Below are positions 1-10,881 of a stretch of 37,722 nt of DNA, one piece after another. The notes beneath the pieces are model-generated. The model was given only the letters and a program-made list of their open reading frames with translations, searched no databases and had not been told where the DNA came from. The DNA comes from Pelomyxa schiedti. Taxonomy: Eukaryota > Protista > Evosea. The translations under genes were made by a program, and so were the position numbers. How positions within the stretch are numbered: the first letter of the stretch is position 1; each line of letters begins with the position of its first letter. Location: the NCBI GenBank assembly GCA_020536535.1, contig JAHLWZ010000598.1, positions 1 to 37,722 on the forward strand, in the 5' to 3' direction.

Positions 1-640
1 AAGCAATCACATCGCCACAAGGATCAAACGGAGAGAGCCTGACACCCTCGCCACTCAGCGGCACAGTGCACCTCACGACGACGCCGCGGGACACCGGGAC
101 GCCATCGCTCATCCTCCACACGAGCAGCTTCCTCGGCGCGAGATTCTCCTGGGGCCTCACGAGCCTCACAAGCCACCTCTTGTTCCCGGCCCAGGACCCG
201 AACCCGTCGAGCTGCCTGTCGCCCTCCAGCGCGGCCGCCACCGCCCCGCCGCAGTCCACGATGCACGAACTCCCCAGGGAGGAGTTTTCCGCGAACCTGC
301 CGTCGCCCACGCACTCCTGGACGGAGCCGAACCTGCGCTCGTCCCACTCGGTGAAGCGCCACCGGCCCAGGCAGCCGCACGACACGACGCCGAGGGTCGC
401 GCTCACGGCCACGAACACGTGGACGGCCAGGTCCTCGCCCGGCGGGAGCACGACGGTGGTGCCGAGCCACCTGGAGCGGCCGACGACCCAGTCGCGGCCG
501 AACTGCTCGCGAGAGGCGCGGCTGTGGGACAGCAGCCGCGCTGGGCTCCCGCTCCCGCACCTCTCCAACCCCGAACACGCAAAAGCAACAAACTGCCATC
601 TCGCGTAGATAACTGGCCGGACCGCCGCTGTTGGCTTCAT
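1..640 (-). CDS. Lineage-specific intronless 'ARxQF...CGxxSPAR' family protein, 3' end outside window; paralog of 13354-14592
   Basis: ATG at 640 reads MKPTAAVRPVIYARWQFVAFACSGLERCGSGSPARLL and stays open to the window edge; 1-623 is collinear and near-identical to 13938-14560. Confidence 0.8.
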   Translation of the reverse strand, partial: MKPTAAVRPVIYARWQFVAFACSGLERCGSGSPARLLSHSRASREQFGRDWVVGRSRWLGTTVVLPPGEDLAVHVFVAVSATLGVVSCGCLGRWRFTEWDERRFGSVQECVGDGRFAENSSLGSSCIVDCGGAVAAALEGDRQLDGFGSWAGNKRWLVRLVRPQENLAPRKLLVWRMSDGVPVSRGVVVRCTVPLSGEGVRLSPFDPCGDVIA

Positions 641-669
641 TTTGGAGAAAAGCATAGTTTTTTACACTG

Positions 670-755
670 TGGCTGAATAAAAACAACACCAGACCGTGAC
701 GCTGTCATTTCCGTTCTCGTCGCTCAGGATCGGGGGTCTGGAATTTATTCTTCCA
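670..755. repeat. Short palindromic (MITE-like or hairpin) element, copy 1
   Basis: Imperfect terminal inverted repeats TGGCTGAATAAA..CCAGACC / GGTCTGG..TTTATTCTTCCA around core CGCTGTCATTTCCGTTCTCGTCGCTCAGGATCGG, shared with 13252-13342. Confidence 0.65.
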
Positions 756-872
756 AATGAGAAAAAGTGGCACGAACCACCGCAAATTGTTTCTGAGTTT
801 ATGAGTGGCTTTCCATTGGAACAAGCAACCCATAAGAAAAAAAATTCGGTTATTCTTCGTCACTCAGACACT

Positions 873-3287
873 CTAGAGGATTTGCTTGAACCGGATTTGG
901 GCACGGCACTGCGGGCACTTCCTCATTGTGGTTGCACACTGTAGTAGTTAGTAATCAAAAATTGAAGAGAATCAGAACCTGATAGCACAACACAATGTGG
1001 GCACAGGGAAGCAACCTAAAATTGGGAGTCCTCTCATCACATTCCATGCACATTCTGTTGCAACAGTTGGTGACTGTGGAAATGGAGAAAGGTGCGGCTG
1101 TGCACCCTGGAAGTGTGATTGTTCCCTGCTGAGCATTGAAAGAGGCCGAAGAAGGGGAAGCTGTTGTAGCCTTGGATACCATCAAGTCCATGACAGCTTG
1201 TTGGGCCTGAGGGAGGAACTCAGAGAGCAACGACCACACACCAGGCAACGCAATGAACTGCTTGTCACTCGTTACATTTCCTTGATTTGTTTGTGGAGGT
1301 TGTGGCGCAGTGTGAGCTGCTCAGAGAGTTGCTTTGACAGCTTGGTGTGTTGGTCTGAAAGCCTGGTGCATTCATCAAATCTGCACCCTGAAAGTTCCTC
1401 CACTGTGGTTGTTAGTGTGGCCAGCAACTGGAATGGTTGCAGGGATGAGAAATCTTCTGTAAAATTTGAACTTGGGGACATAGGTTTCATCAACTTATCA
1501 CTCCCTTTTTTTTTGATTGGTGTTATGTGCTGAATGAGTTAACTACCTGGCGGTTCTGCTGGGCCCCCAGTGTTCTGTTCTCTTGTACCAAGTGGCCTGC
1601 TTCCCAACACAAGTTTTGTCAACTCTGAGAGGTTCCTTGAGCACTGCTGAATCTCTGCCTCACTGTTTTTAGCTGTAAGTGTCTGACCAAGAACCCTCTT
1701 GCAGGCTCCACAAGTTTCAGAAAGTTGCTTTCCCAGTGCCTCTTTCATCACTGAAAGGCCCGTCAGGTGCGATAGAAGTGCCTTGTTTTCTTCTGTGGCT
1801 TCCAGGAACTTCTTGTTCATTTCAATGAGTGACTCCTCAACCTTGACAAACTTTGGGGTAAGTTGTTGAAGCTGGGAGCGAAACTGTATGGCCAGTTTGA
1901 AGGCTCTGTTAAGTTCCAGCAAATTGGTCAGTCCCCTTTTATTTTCATCGTAAAGTTGGTCAGTTTCATGTTCTTGCAGTTGTTCTTGTTGCTGTTGCAC
2001 TTTTTGTTCCAGCTGCTGTATTTTCAGGTTCGACTTGTTGAGTAGTTCGACATTCTCCTTGTTATTCCTTTTTGTGACTTCCTTTTTGTTGTTAATTTGA
2101 AATCCCCAGTGTTTATGTCAGCATACTTCGCATTCTCGTTTGGTTGCTTTCAGTTCTTTTGCGTACCTCTTTTTGAGCGCCTTTGAACCTCTTAGAGAAG
2201 AGAAAATCAAAGAAAAGAGGTTCACCTCAATCTGCAGATAGTTTTCAACCTGTGGCAATGACGACCCCATTTGATGTTCAACCATTTTGTTGAAATCGCC
2301 CTCATCATCTCCACTTCCATCATCACCACTAGTTCTTTGTTGGAATATGTTGTCGTTGAGGATTCCATTTAGCAGGATGTGCCTGGAGGGAAGAACTAGG
2401 TTGCCTTCACCACAACACTCCCACTCACTACCCGACCCCTCACTTTTTTTATATTGAGAGAACGTGCCTTCAAACATGTCACCATTTGGCCACCTCTTCA
2501 TTCCCTTCTGTGGCACACCCATCTCCCACAACCCAGTGAATGATGACCCATCCCTGCACCATGTCTTGGTTCCTTCCCCGTTCTCCTTGCCACACACCCA
2601 CTGGCCATCATACCTGTCACCGTTGGCCCACAGCCTTACACCCCTACCATTGAACATGTCGTCCTTCCACTCCCCAACATAACTCCCCCCTTCACCAAAG
2701 AGCATGCTCCCTCTTCCAGTTTTTTTGCCGTGATCCCACTGGCCACGGTAGGTATCACCTGAGCCATCAGGTGACTGCCACGTGCCACACCCATGCCACT
2801 CGTCCCTGTCCCACTCGCCATCATACACCGTGACCATGGTTCTCTCACCATTTCCCTTCTTCGTTCCAGTCCTTTGCACACCCCACCCCTGCATCTCATA
2901 CTGCGTTTTTGGCACATCCCACACCCAGTTGCCCTCGAACTCATCGACACCGTTTTTGTCATGCCACGTTCCCCTCTTCCTCCGATCATCCCTCCACAGG
3001 CCCTCGTACCACGAGCCGTCAGCCCAGTGGTACACTCCCCATCCGTCGATCTTGCCACTGAGCCACTCGCCGTCATGTGTGCCTCCGCTGCTCCATGCGT
3101 ACACCCCTCGGCTGTGGTGCCTGCCGTTTGTCCACTCGCCGCTGTATGTGTCGCCGTTAGGGTATTTTCCGAACCCACCGCCTTCAGGTTGTTCGTGAAA
3201 GACACTTCCTGTGTATATGCACGACGCCCAGCCTAGTGATACTGTGTATTCCCTTACCTTCCCTACACCCCTCCTTTGTGCTGCCAT
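873..3287 (-). CDS. MORN-repeat, coiled-coil, C-terminal RING (C3HC4) protein, putative E3 ligase; multi-exon, start uncertain
   Basis: Repeated YxGxWxxGxxxGxG MORN units (about 2430-3220); Q/E/K-rich coiled-coil exons 1272-2200; RING CMECDERTPNFRLLPCAHIVLC, then intron, then CATTMRKCPQCRAQIRFKQIL* (stop 873-875). Confidence 0.8.
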
Positions 3288-3300
3288 CAAAATACTTAGT

Positions 3301-3426
3301 TCTTCTACCATCTGCAGAAATCCGCCTTGATTAGGCAATCGGTGGTCCTCTGAGAGTGAGTATTGGTAGATAATAGGATGTCTTTTGCCACCAATGACGG
3401 TACACAAGGAGGAATTCTTCAGGATG
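3301..3426. pseudogene. Scrambled remnant of the LamG exon of the C2-LamG gene
   Basis: 3301-3351 is the reverse complement of about 15921-15993 (with a deletion); 3368-3409 matches 15993-16054 (with a deletion); 3411-3426 matches about 15898-15914. Confidence 0.7.
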
Positions 3427-3501
3427 CCGTGGTCTTTCCAGCCTCTGAGGAGCATCACAGGGCAAGATCCAAAGACCCAAAAAATTAAAAGTGTGAGTTC
3501 C

Positions 3502-4587
3502 AAATTTCTGCCAAAAGATGGAATTTTACATTTTTCTTTGTTTGTTGGACAGTTGTGTTGGAAGGGTGTCCATGATTGGCTTGATGATACAGTGAGTATT
3601 ATTAAGAGCCGCCATTGCAGAAGCAACTGGTGTCCTTGGTGGGTTCAGGACTTGAGGTAGAACGAGGTATAATTATGTTTGAGTCTGGTGCCGGCTGGTG
3701 CCGTTGGTCATGGTCAAGTACGAACTTGACCAAGTGTTGTGTGGCTTGGTCAATCCCTTTGTTGTCTTTGGCGCTGGTGTGGTACCTAGTTGCGGTGATT
3801 AGAAAAAGACTATGTATTGTTTTCGGTTTACCAGCCGATAAATTTGTTGTCTGCAGCATATCTTTCCAGTTCGTCGGCTGACTTGCAGTAGGTTTCTTTG
3901 GGTAAATCGCACTTTGTTTGCCGTTATTTTATCTTACATGCAATAGGGCAAATTGCCTTGTTGGCTAGTAATACAACGGGAATTGGTCTGTTGTCCGGTC
4001 CCCATGTGACCTTACAAGCTTTTAACATGTTGGACACAAGGTCAAAAACAATAAGAAAATACCTTATCATCTATATCAGATTTCCATTGTGCTACAGCCT
4101 CGAAAGTATTGGCTCGCCTGCTTAAATTTAGTTTTAAAAAAAAGGAATTTACGATTATTACGTTATATCGAACACAATAAATGCTCCAACTGCTTCTCTA
4201 TAGTAGACCTTAGTGTAATTAGGTAATGAAAATACAAAGGAATTACAAACCCTAGTCATGTGACCAAATCTTTCTTGTCCTTGACGAAGTAAGCGTGCAT
4301 TACTTATGATTTAAGTATTTGATATGGTAATTTCATTTTATTTAACTACAAAAAACCTGCAATATCCCACAGCTGTAAACGAATTTCAGTGTGGTCGTCC
4401 CACCTCAGAACTTTAAGTGCGAAATCAACCCCAATCTGTTCAGTGTTAGAGTGCTTGTACACATGAGTAGATAGAAGCCAAACTGTAGACTTATAGTGCA
4501 TGGAGAAAATGCCATGGACCATTCTTTTAATGAGGCTCGTTTTCCCTAGTAAACAATATAATTAGTTCTCGCAGAGTCGAATAGCCT
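3502..4587. repeat. ~1.1 kb segmental duplication, copy A (copy B 16793-17885)
   Basis: Near-identical sequence by direct comparison; copy A is cut by the N gap. Confidence 0.95.
3602..4587 (-). CDS. Rab32/38-like GTPase, copy 1 (5' exons lost in the gap)
   Basis: Spliced exons [105 protein letters not shown]|CDL, TSAK...CFCNGGS*. Confidence 0.85.
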
Positions 4588-4687
4588 NNNNNNNNNNNNN
4601 NNNNNNNNNNNNNNNNNNNNNNNNNNNNNNNNNNNNNNNNNNNNNNNNNNNNNNNNNNNNNNNNNNNNNNNNNNNNNNNNNNNNNNN

Positions 4688-5937
4688 CACCACCACCAGC
4701 AGCAGCAGCGGCGAGTATGCTTCCCATGTACTTGATGGAATACATCGGGAGGGAGTGGGTGACGCCGACGGCTGTGTACGTGTGCAGGGTGTCACCAATT
4801 TATGCGAGGTGGCGGTGGTTCACCATTGGGGTGTCGCCGACGCTTGGGGTCACTCGGGGACCTGTCACTCACCACTCTTACTATGGAACCATTTGCAAGA
4901 ATGTGGAGATCGTGGGAGTGACTGACGGTGGCGTGACACTGGTGGCAACTGGTGCCACTGGGATGGAGGTGCCTGATCACGCCCCGAACGTGGTGTTTGC
5001 TTTCCGTTCTGAGAGCGAAGTAGCAGTGGAGTGTGATGACGAGTTTGCTGGGAATTTGGCAATGCTGTCAGTTTCAACCACGAGGAACAACAGGTGGAAT
5101 GGTGGGTTGTATGATGAGATTGTGGCTGGGTGCTGCTGCAATAAGTGGTGGGTTGTGGCTGTTGTTATTTGCGCTGGTGAGAGAGGAAGCAAGGGGAACA
5201 TCAAGAAGAGGGCTGTGATGAGGGTGTGGAGAGTGCAGGGGATGCTTTCTGTAGACACCAACGAAAGAAGGGAGATTGAAATGCCACATCACTACGTCAG
5301 AGAGTTCTGTGAGTCACTGACCTCGTTTATTGTGCGGTTCTCCAACCGGAGTGTGGGTGCAACTCAGAGGGGTGATGAGCTTTGTATCCTCAGAGAGAGC
5401 GGCGTAAAGGATGCACCACAGCAACAGACCGAGTGGTGGTTTGTTGATACTATTGACGTGAGAAGCTCATTCAGTACTGGGAAGCTGGTGATGATGTTCA
5501 CCTCGCGCTTTGAGACAGAACCTGTGACTTCCCCCATTGGTTTGATGAGCCCAATCCAAGGAGGCCTGTTTGCTCTCTTCAATGTTTGCCAAGACCCATC
5601 AGTTCTTGTTGTGGATGCCACGACTTGTTCCAAGCGTTACATCTGTTCTTACAGTGACACTATTGAGATTGCAGACGACAGTGGTCACGTCATCATTGGC
5701 AATCCAGAGACAAAGGAGAGCCACATTGTTGACATCAGGGACCCACTTTTGAAGCCTCTCAGGGTGTGGCCTACGACCTTCCACACTTCTGACTTTGGTG
5801 CCCTGTTCTCATTCCACAGGGATGGTGAAGATGCAGGGAGGACCACAGCCACCTGCTGTGATTCACTAACTGGCCGATTCCTCTTCTCTGTTTCAGTTTC
5901 CAGCTCACAGTTCAGTCCCATGCAATTTCTTGTGTGA
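4688..5937 (+). CDS. Intronless lineage-specific family protein (EWV / SPTLGV / NKWW motifs), 5' end lost in the gap
   Basis: 406-aa ORF; GREWV, VSPTLGV and NKWWV parallel GRDWV, VSATLGV and NKRWL of the 13354 ORF. Confidence 0.7.
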
Positions 5938-6021
5938 CAGGTTTTACTTATTGCCAATAAATTTTCTTTTGGTATTTCCATTTGAATTTCTGGTGCGTGC
6001 CATACCTTTTTTTGTGAAAGG

Positions 6022-8338
6022 TCAATGACGTGATGAATGGTGTGATGAGGAACATTGATGTGGTGAATGGTGTGCTGAGGAACAACCCTTCTTAACATCA
6101 GGCAAAGATGATGAAGAAGATGAAGACTTTGACCCCAATACAATTTTTGGCTTTACAGTTGGATCTACGGGCTTGACACTTCCTGATGTAGAAGACGAAC
6201 CAGATGATGCTTTTGACTTTGAACTGCGAAGTCCGAGCCCAAAGCCACCAGTCACGTTTGCCTTCACACCCAAAATGGGCTGGTTGTAAGTGTACAGCAC
6301 TGACGAGAAGTTGTTGTTGAGGACCTCCTTGAGTGCCTTGGTATTGACGTGGTGCGTGACGTTCTTTGCTGAGAGGCATGGCGTCATTGCACCTGATGAC
6401 ACGAGCTGTGTGCACTCACAGAGTGTTTCCTTCAGCTTCTTTTCTGCTGCAATCAGGCTCACAACGTCACTGGACTTGGCGATTTCATGTGCTCTCGTGA
6501 TTGTTCTTTGGTGTGTCGACATGCACACCTCGAGGCACTCTTTGTGCTCTTTCAGGTGTGACTCTGTGTTATTTCGGTTGGTGGAACTTGGAATGGGATT
6601 GGTATACCAATCAAAGATGAAAGCAAAGCGCAGTCCGAAACCACATCACTGAGATTCTGTTGAATAGCATGTAAAATTGACTCCGTCTCTGTCTCAACAT
6701 TGGAGGTGATTGAGCGAAGCAACTGTCCAGACTCCAAAATGGAAGCCTCACATTTTTTTATTGCCTCACTTTCAAGTGCTACTGATTCTTCGAGTTTGGA
6801 GGTTGAACCTGTTTTGTTGAACAGTTGGCTTCTTTTTGTTTGAGAAAGGCAACAAGTACACACTCAAGAGTGATTCACGGATCTGAGAGGCAATTTCATC
6901 AAGTGGGACGCACTTGTGAGAGGAGTGAGCTGAACTGAATGCACACAGTGCGCATATCGGTTCCCTCTCCTCCAAACAGAACAGATCAAGATCCTTCTTT
7001 GGGTGTTTGGGGCACATGTGTTCCTCAGTCACAACTTGTGACGTGGGTATCGGTTGTCCCTTGTTGTGGGGTTGGAATGGAAATCCAGTTTAACTCCAAA
7101 CAAAAAAGAAGGCACACCTTGTGGGACTTGATTCCAGGTGCCTTATGACGAATGTGGAAGCACGACTCACAGAACAACATCCCTTTGCACCGCGGGCAAG
7201 TCAACGTTGCCTTCTTGGCAACTGAGTTCTTATCCATGCAACGGCCGAGCATGCACAGTCCTTCCTCTGGCTCCTATAATAAAAAAAAAATTAGAGAGTG
7301 GGAGAAGCAGAAGNNNNNNNNNNNNNNNNNNNNNNNNNNNNNNNNNNNNNNNNNNNNNNNNNNNNNNNNNNNNNNNNNNNNNNNNNNNNNNNNNNNNNNN
7401 NNNNNNNNNNNNNCGGGCAAGTCAACGTTGCCTTCTTGGCAACTGAGTTCTTATCCATGCAACGGCCGAGCATGCACAGTCCTTCCTCTGGCTCCTATAA
7501 TAAAAAAAAAATTAGAGAGTGGGAGAAGCAGAAGGCCACCTGGCGAGTTTGCAACAGTAACAGGGAACATTACAACATGACGACATGACAATGTGTGTGA
7601 AGTGCCCACCTCCTCTTTGTCCTTCATAACTTGGAGCAAGTAATCGCGCGTGCTGATATCAGAGGCGAGCATTGACACATCGCGTCTCGTTGACGTTGCT
7701 CCGCAACCCTGCACTGGGCATTGAACAACAGCAGAAGGACCGCGAGCAGGAACTTGCACGCTTTTGCGGTCCACATTGCTCCCACTTGTTACTGCCGCCG
7801 CAGTTGTGGTGCCTATTGACTGGTGTGTGAATAAAAACTAAGTTGCACAACCTGGCGGGGGGACCACACCCATCTCCCTTGGGAGATGCCTGCTGCAATG
7901 TCTGAATGTGTGTGTATGTTTCCGAACACATTTCTGTGTGGACAGAGACGCCGATGACACTGACTGTGGGGCGCATGTCGGCAATGCAGCGAGTGTTGCC
8001 ACGGACGCGATGTGGTTATAGCACCCACGGCAAACAAGGTGCCCACACGTCGACGGCGATGGCGGGGGTGGCCGTGGCCGTGGCGGCGGCGGCGGCGACC
8101 TCGACTCCGACTTCGACTCCGACTCCGACTTCGACTTCGACTTCGACCCTGGCCGCGCCTTAAACAGCGAGGCCGAAGACGCCGCGGAGGTTGCTGTTGT
8201 CGTTGTTGTTGTTGTTGTTGTTGGTGTGGTTGGTGGCTTGGCGGGGGGAGGGCCGGGGAACGGAACGGGGTCCGTCATGGTACACCCGAGCCCCGAGCAC
8301 ACGCTACACCGCGGCATCGCTGCCTCCGATGTTGCCAT
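6022..8338 (-). CDS. TRIM-like protein 1: RING with long inserts, B-box1, B-box2, coiled coil, S/H-rich tail
   Basis: CSVC...CGHLVCRGC...CPVQGC; B-box ATLTCPRCKGMLFCESCFHIRH..SHK; B-box CPKHPKKDLDLFCLEEREPICALCAFSSAHSSHKCVPL; spans a gap. Confidence 0.8.
8098..8225. repeat. Coding microsatellites (GACTCC/GACTTC)n and (GTT)n
   Basis: Encode SKSKSKSESESKSES and poly-Thr inside the RING insert. Confidence 0.8.
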
Positions 8339-8469
8339 CGTTTTTTAGTTGACAGATTGATGAAGGGGAAAAGAAAAAAAAAACAGCCAGCAACACGGCC
8401 AAAATCCAAAAGTGACTTACTTAATACGCTTCTTTATCTCCTAAAACACAATATCATTTGTTGTTTGCT

Positions 8470-10702
8470 TTATCCAATGAAAGCAACATATTCCAGTACG
8501 AACAGGCACTGCTGAGAGCTGGTAGAACCATTGTTCTCTAGAAATTGTAGCTTCCAGAACCTGAACTTTGGCACATTGCCTGCAATTTTGAACTCCCCAA
8601 TATCAGGGTTCAAGTTGGCGTGTGCATGGTCAAGCACAACTGTCCATGGACCAGTCTTTTTGTGTGCACCCCACAGCGAAAATGTCTTCACTACCTGTGC
8701 ATCAGTGCCGCGGTTCTTGAGCAAGAACTTGCTAACTGTTTGCTCAGCATGCAAGTCATACACAATGGATATCTCTTCTGCTTTGAGTGGTTAGTGAAAC
8801 AGTGATGGCATGTAGTAGTACCTGCGCAAGTTGCGATGGGAGGAACCGCAAACACGGTGCTGTCTTCTATCAGAGTATTTTGTGGGCGATAGTCCATAAA
8901 GTGTTTGCAGCTCGAAACAACTTTGGCAGGAAGCTTTATACGATTCAGTGCCTCGGCCCTGAGACGGGCAACCTCAGCACTGAGGAACTGATTTGTGGCA
9001 GTTGTTCCCCCCATCCGCAATGACGAGTATTGCAGCTGCGATGTCAACACTTCAATTTGGCGTTGCTTTCTTTCCAGCTCTGTATTCAAAACTGCAATTT
9101 GCTCTTGTTTTCTTGCCAGCTGTACTCTCAGTTCGGAACAGCTCTCTTCGTTGTGAGGAGCCTGTTGGTGGGATGTTCGGTATTGTACTGACACAAAGTT
9201 GTTGTCAAGGACTTCCTTGAGTGCGGGGATGTTAATGTGGTGTGTGATGTGAGTCGCGGAGAGGCATGGTTTCATTGCTCCCGATGCCACAAGCTGTGTG
9301 CACTCCCAAACTGTTTCCTTCAGCTTCTTGTCTGCTGCAATCAGGCTCACAACGTCGCTGTACTTTACAATTTCGTGTGCTCTGGTGATTGTTCTTTGGT
9401 GTGTGGACATGCACACCTCGAGGCACTCTTTGTGTTCTTTCACATGTGATCCTGTAGTTTTGATGAAAACACTATGGCGTGAAGAAAAAATAGATACTAA
9501 TCAGGGATGAAAGCGAATTGCAGTCTGCAGACACTTCACTAACCTTTTGCCTCATTGTCTGGCAAATTGAGGCTAGTTCTGTGGCAACATTGGAGGCAAT
9601 CGACTGGAGCAACTGTTCAGTCTTCAAAACCGAATCATCACAGGTCCTGATTGCTTCGTTTTCAAGTGCAACTGTTTCTTCAAGTTTGGAAATGGAGCCT
9701 GCATAAAAACAATCAGACTTAAACATGTTTTTGGGTACACACCCAGAATGGATTCGCGAATCATAGAGCAGGCTTCATCAAGTGGGACACACTTGTGAGT
9801 AGAGTGCAAAGAACTGACGTGGCACAAGTAGCATATCGGCTCGTTTTCCTCCAGGCAGAACATATCAAGGTCCTTTGTTGGGTGTTTTGGGCATTGGTGA
9901 TACACATCCACAAGTGGTGATGTGGTTGTGATTGGGTCTCCCTGTTATAAGAGGGGGGAAAGCCATGAGATAGAAAAGAAATAAAGCAAAACACCTTGTG
10001 AGACTTTATTCCAGGTGCTTGGTGATGGATGTTGAAGCACGACTCACAGAACAGTAGTCCCTTGCATCTTGAGCAAGTCAACGTAGCTTTCTTGGCCACT
10101 GAATTCTCATCCATGCAATACCCAAGTGTGCACACACTCTCCCCCTCCACAAATGTTAGAAGTGCCAATACTATCATTACAGTTGGCACGCACGCACACG
10201 CACCTCCCCTTGTGCTTCTTTCATCAGGTAATCACGAGCAGATGAATCAGGGACGAGGGTCGACACATCACGCACCCTCTTTGATGTTGCACCACACCCT
10301 GCCACTGGGCACTCGACAACAACCACGGGAAGCCGAGATTCAACATCCACACCGACACCCGTGGTGCCTGTGATATATAGTCATCATCATGAGATCATCT
10401 ATTCTCCTAACAGGGAGAGAGAGAAGGTACTTTATTTTACCTGGTTGGACTGGCACGGTCAAGCTTGTCGCTGTTGATGAAACAGACTGGGGAGCGGATT
10501 CAGACAGGTTTTTGAGCTGCGCCACGCACGCGATGTGGCAGTAGCACCCTCGGCACACAACGTGGCCGCACGACGACGCCGATGTCAATGACACGGATGG
10601 CGGAGCGGTTGGTGATGCAGTCGAAGGGAACAACACAGGGTCAATTATGGGACAGCCGAGGCCATGGCACACATTGCACTGAGGAGGGGGATTCGCGGTC
10701 AT
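8470..10702 (-). CDS. TRIM-like protein 2: RING, B-box1, B-box2, coiled coil, C-terminal galactose-binding/discoidin (F5/8C)-like domain
   Basis: MTANPPPQCNVC...CGHVVCRGC...CPVAGC, two B-boxes, heptad segment, then VVSS...PQNTL...YDL...FLLKN...VKTFSLWG...GPWT...RFWKLQFLENNG...LEYVAFIG*. Confidence 0.8.
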
Positions 10703-10881
10703 AAACAACTGAGGTTCAACGCGTTGGGGAAAAACTAAACTGAACAACAAAAAGTTTTGTTCTGTGAAAAAGGCTTTGATGGGTTTTTTTTTCCTTTTTG
10801 GGTTGGAACGTTCATTCTACTGGCCTTTGGGCAGTAGGTATGTACAGTACATAAAAATTGGTGAAAGTGACATAGGGAGAG

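Noticed and set aside
24-689. ORFs 24-689(-), 66-608(+) and their twins 13742-14602(+), 13961-14536(-)
   Set aside because: Shadow ORFs of GC-rich coding sequence; the real frame carries the family motif
3288-3626. 5' extension of the 502-aa MORN ORF
   Set aside because: Made of Rab32 3' flank and scrambled LamG fragments; probably open by chance
3615-4125. Plus-strand ORFs in the 1.1-kb repeat, and the idea that the repeat is a transposon
   Set aside because: The repeat is a spliced Rab32-like gene on the minus strand; no transposase or terminal repeats
7193-7534. ~120-bp direct repeat flanking the N gap
   Set aside because: Identical sequence on both sides of a 100-N gap indicates unmerged contig overlap, not a real duplication
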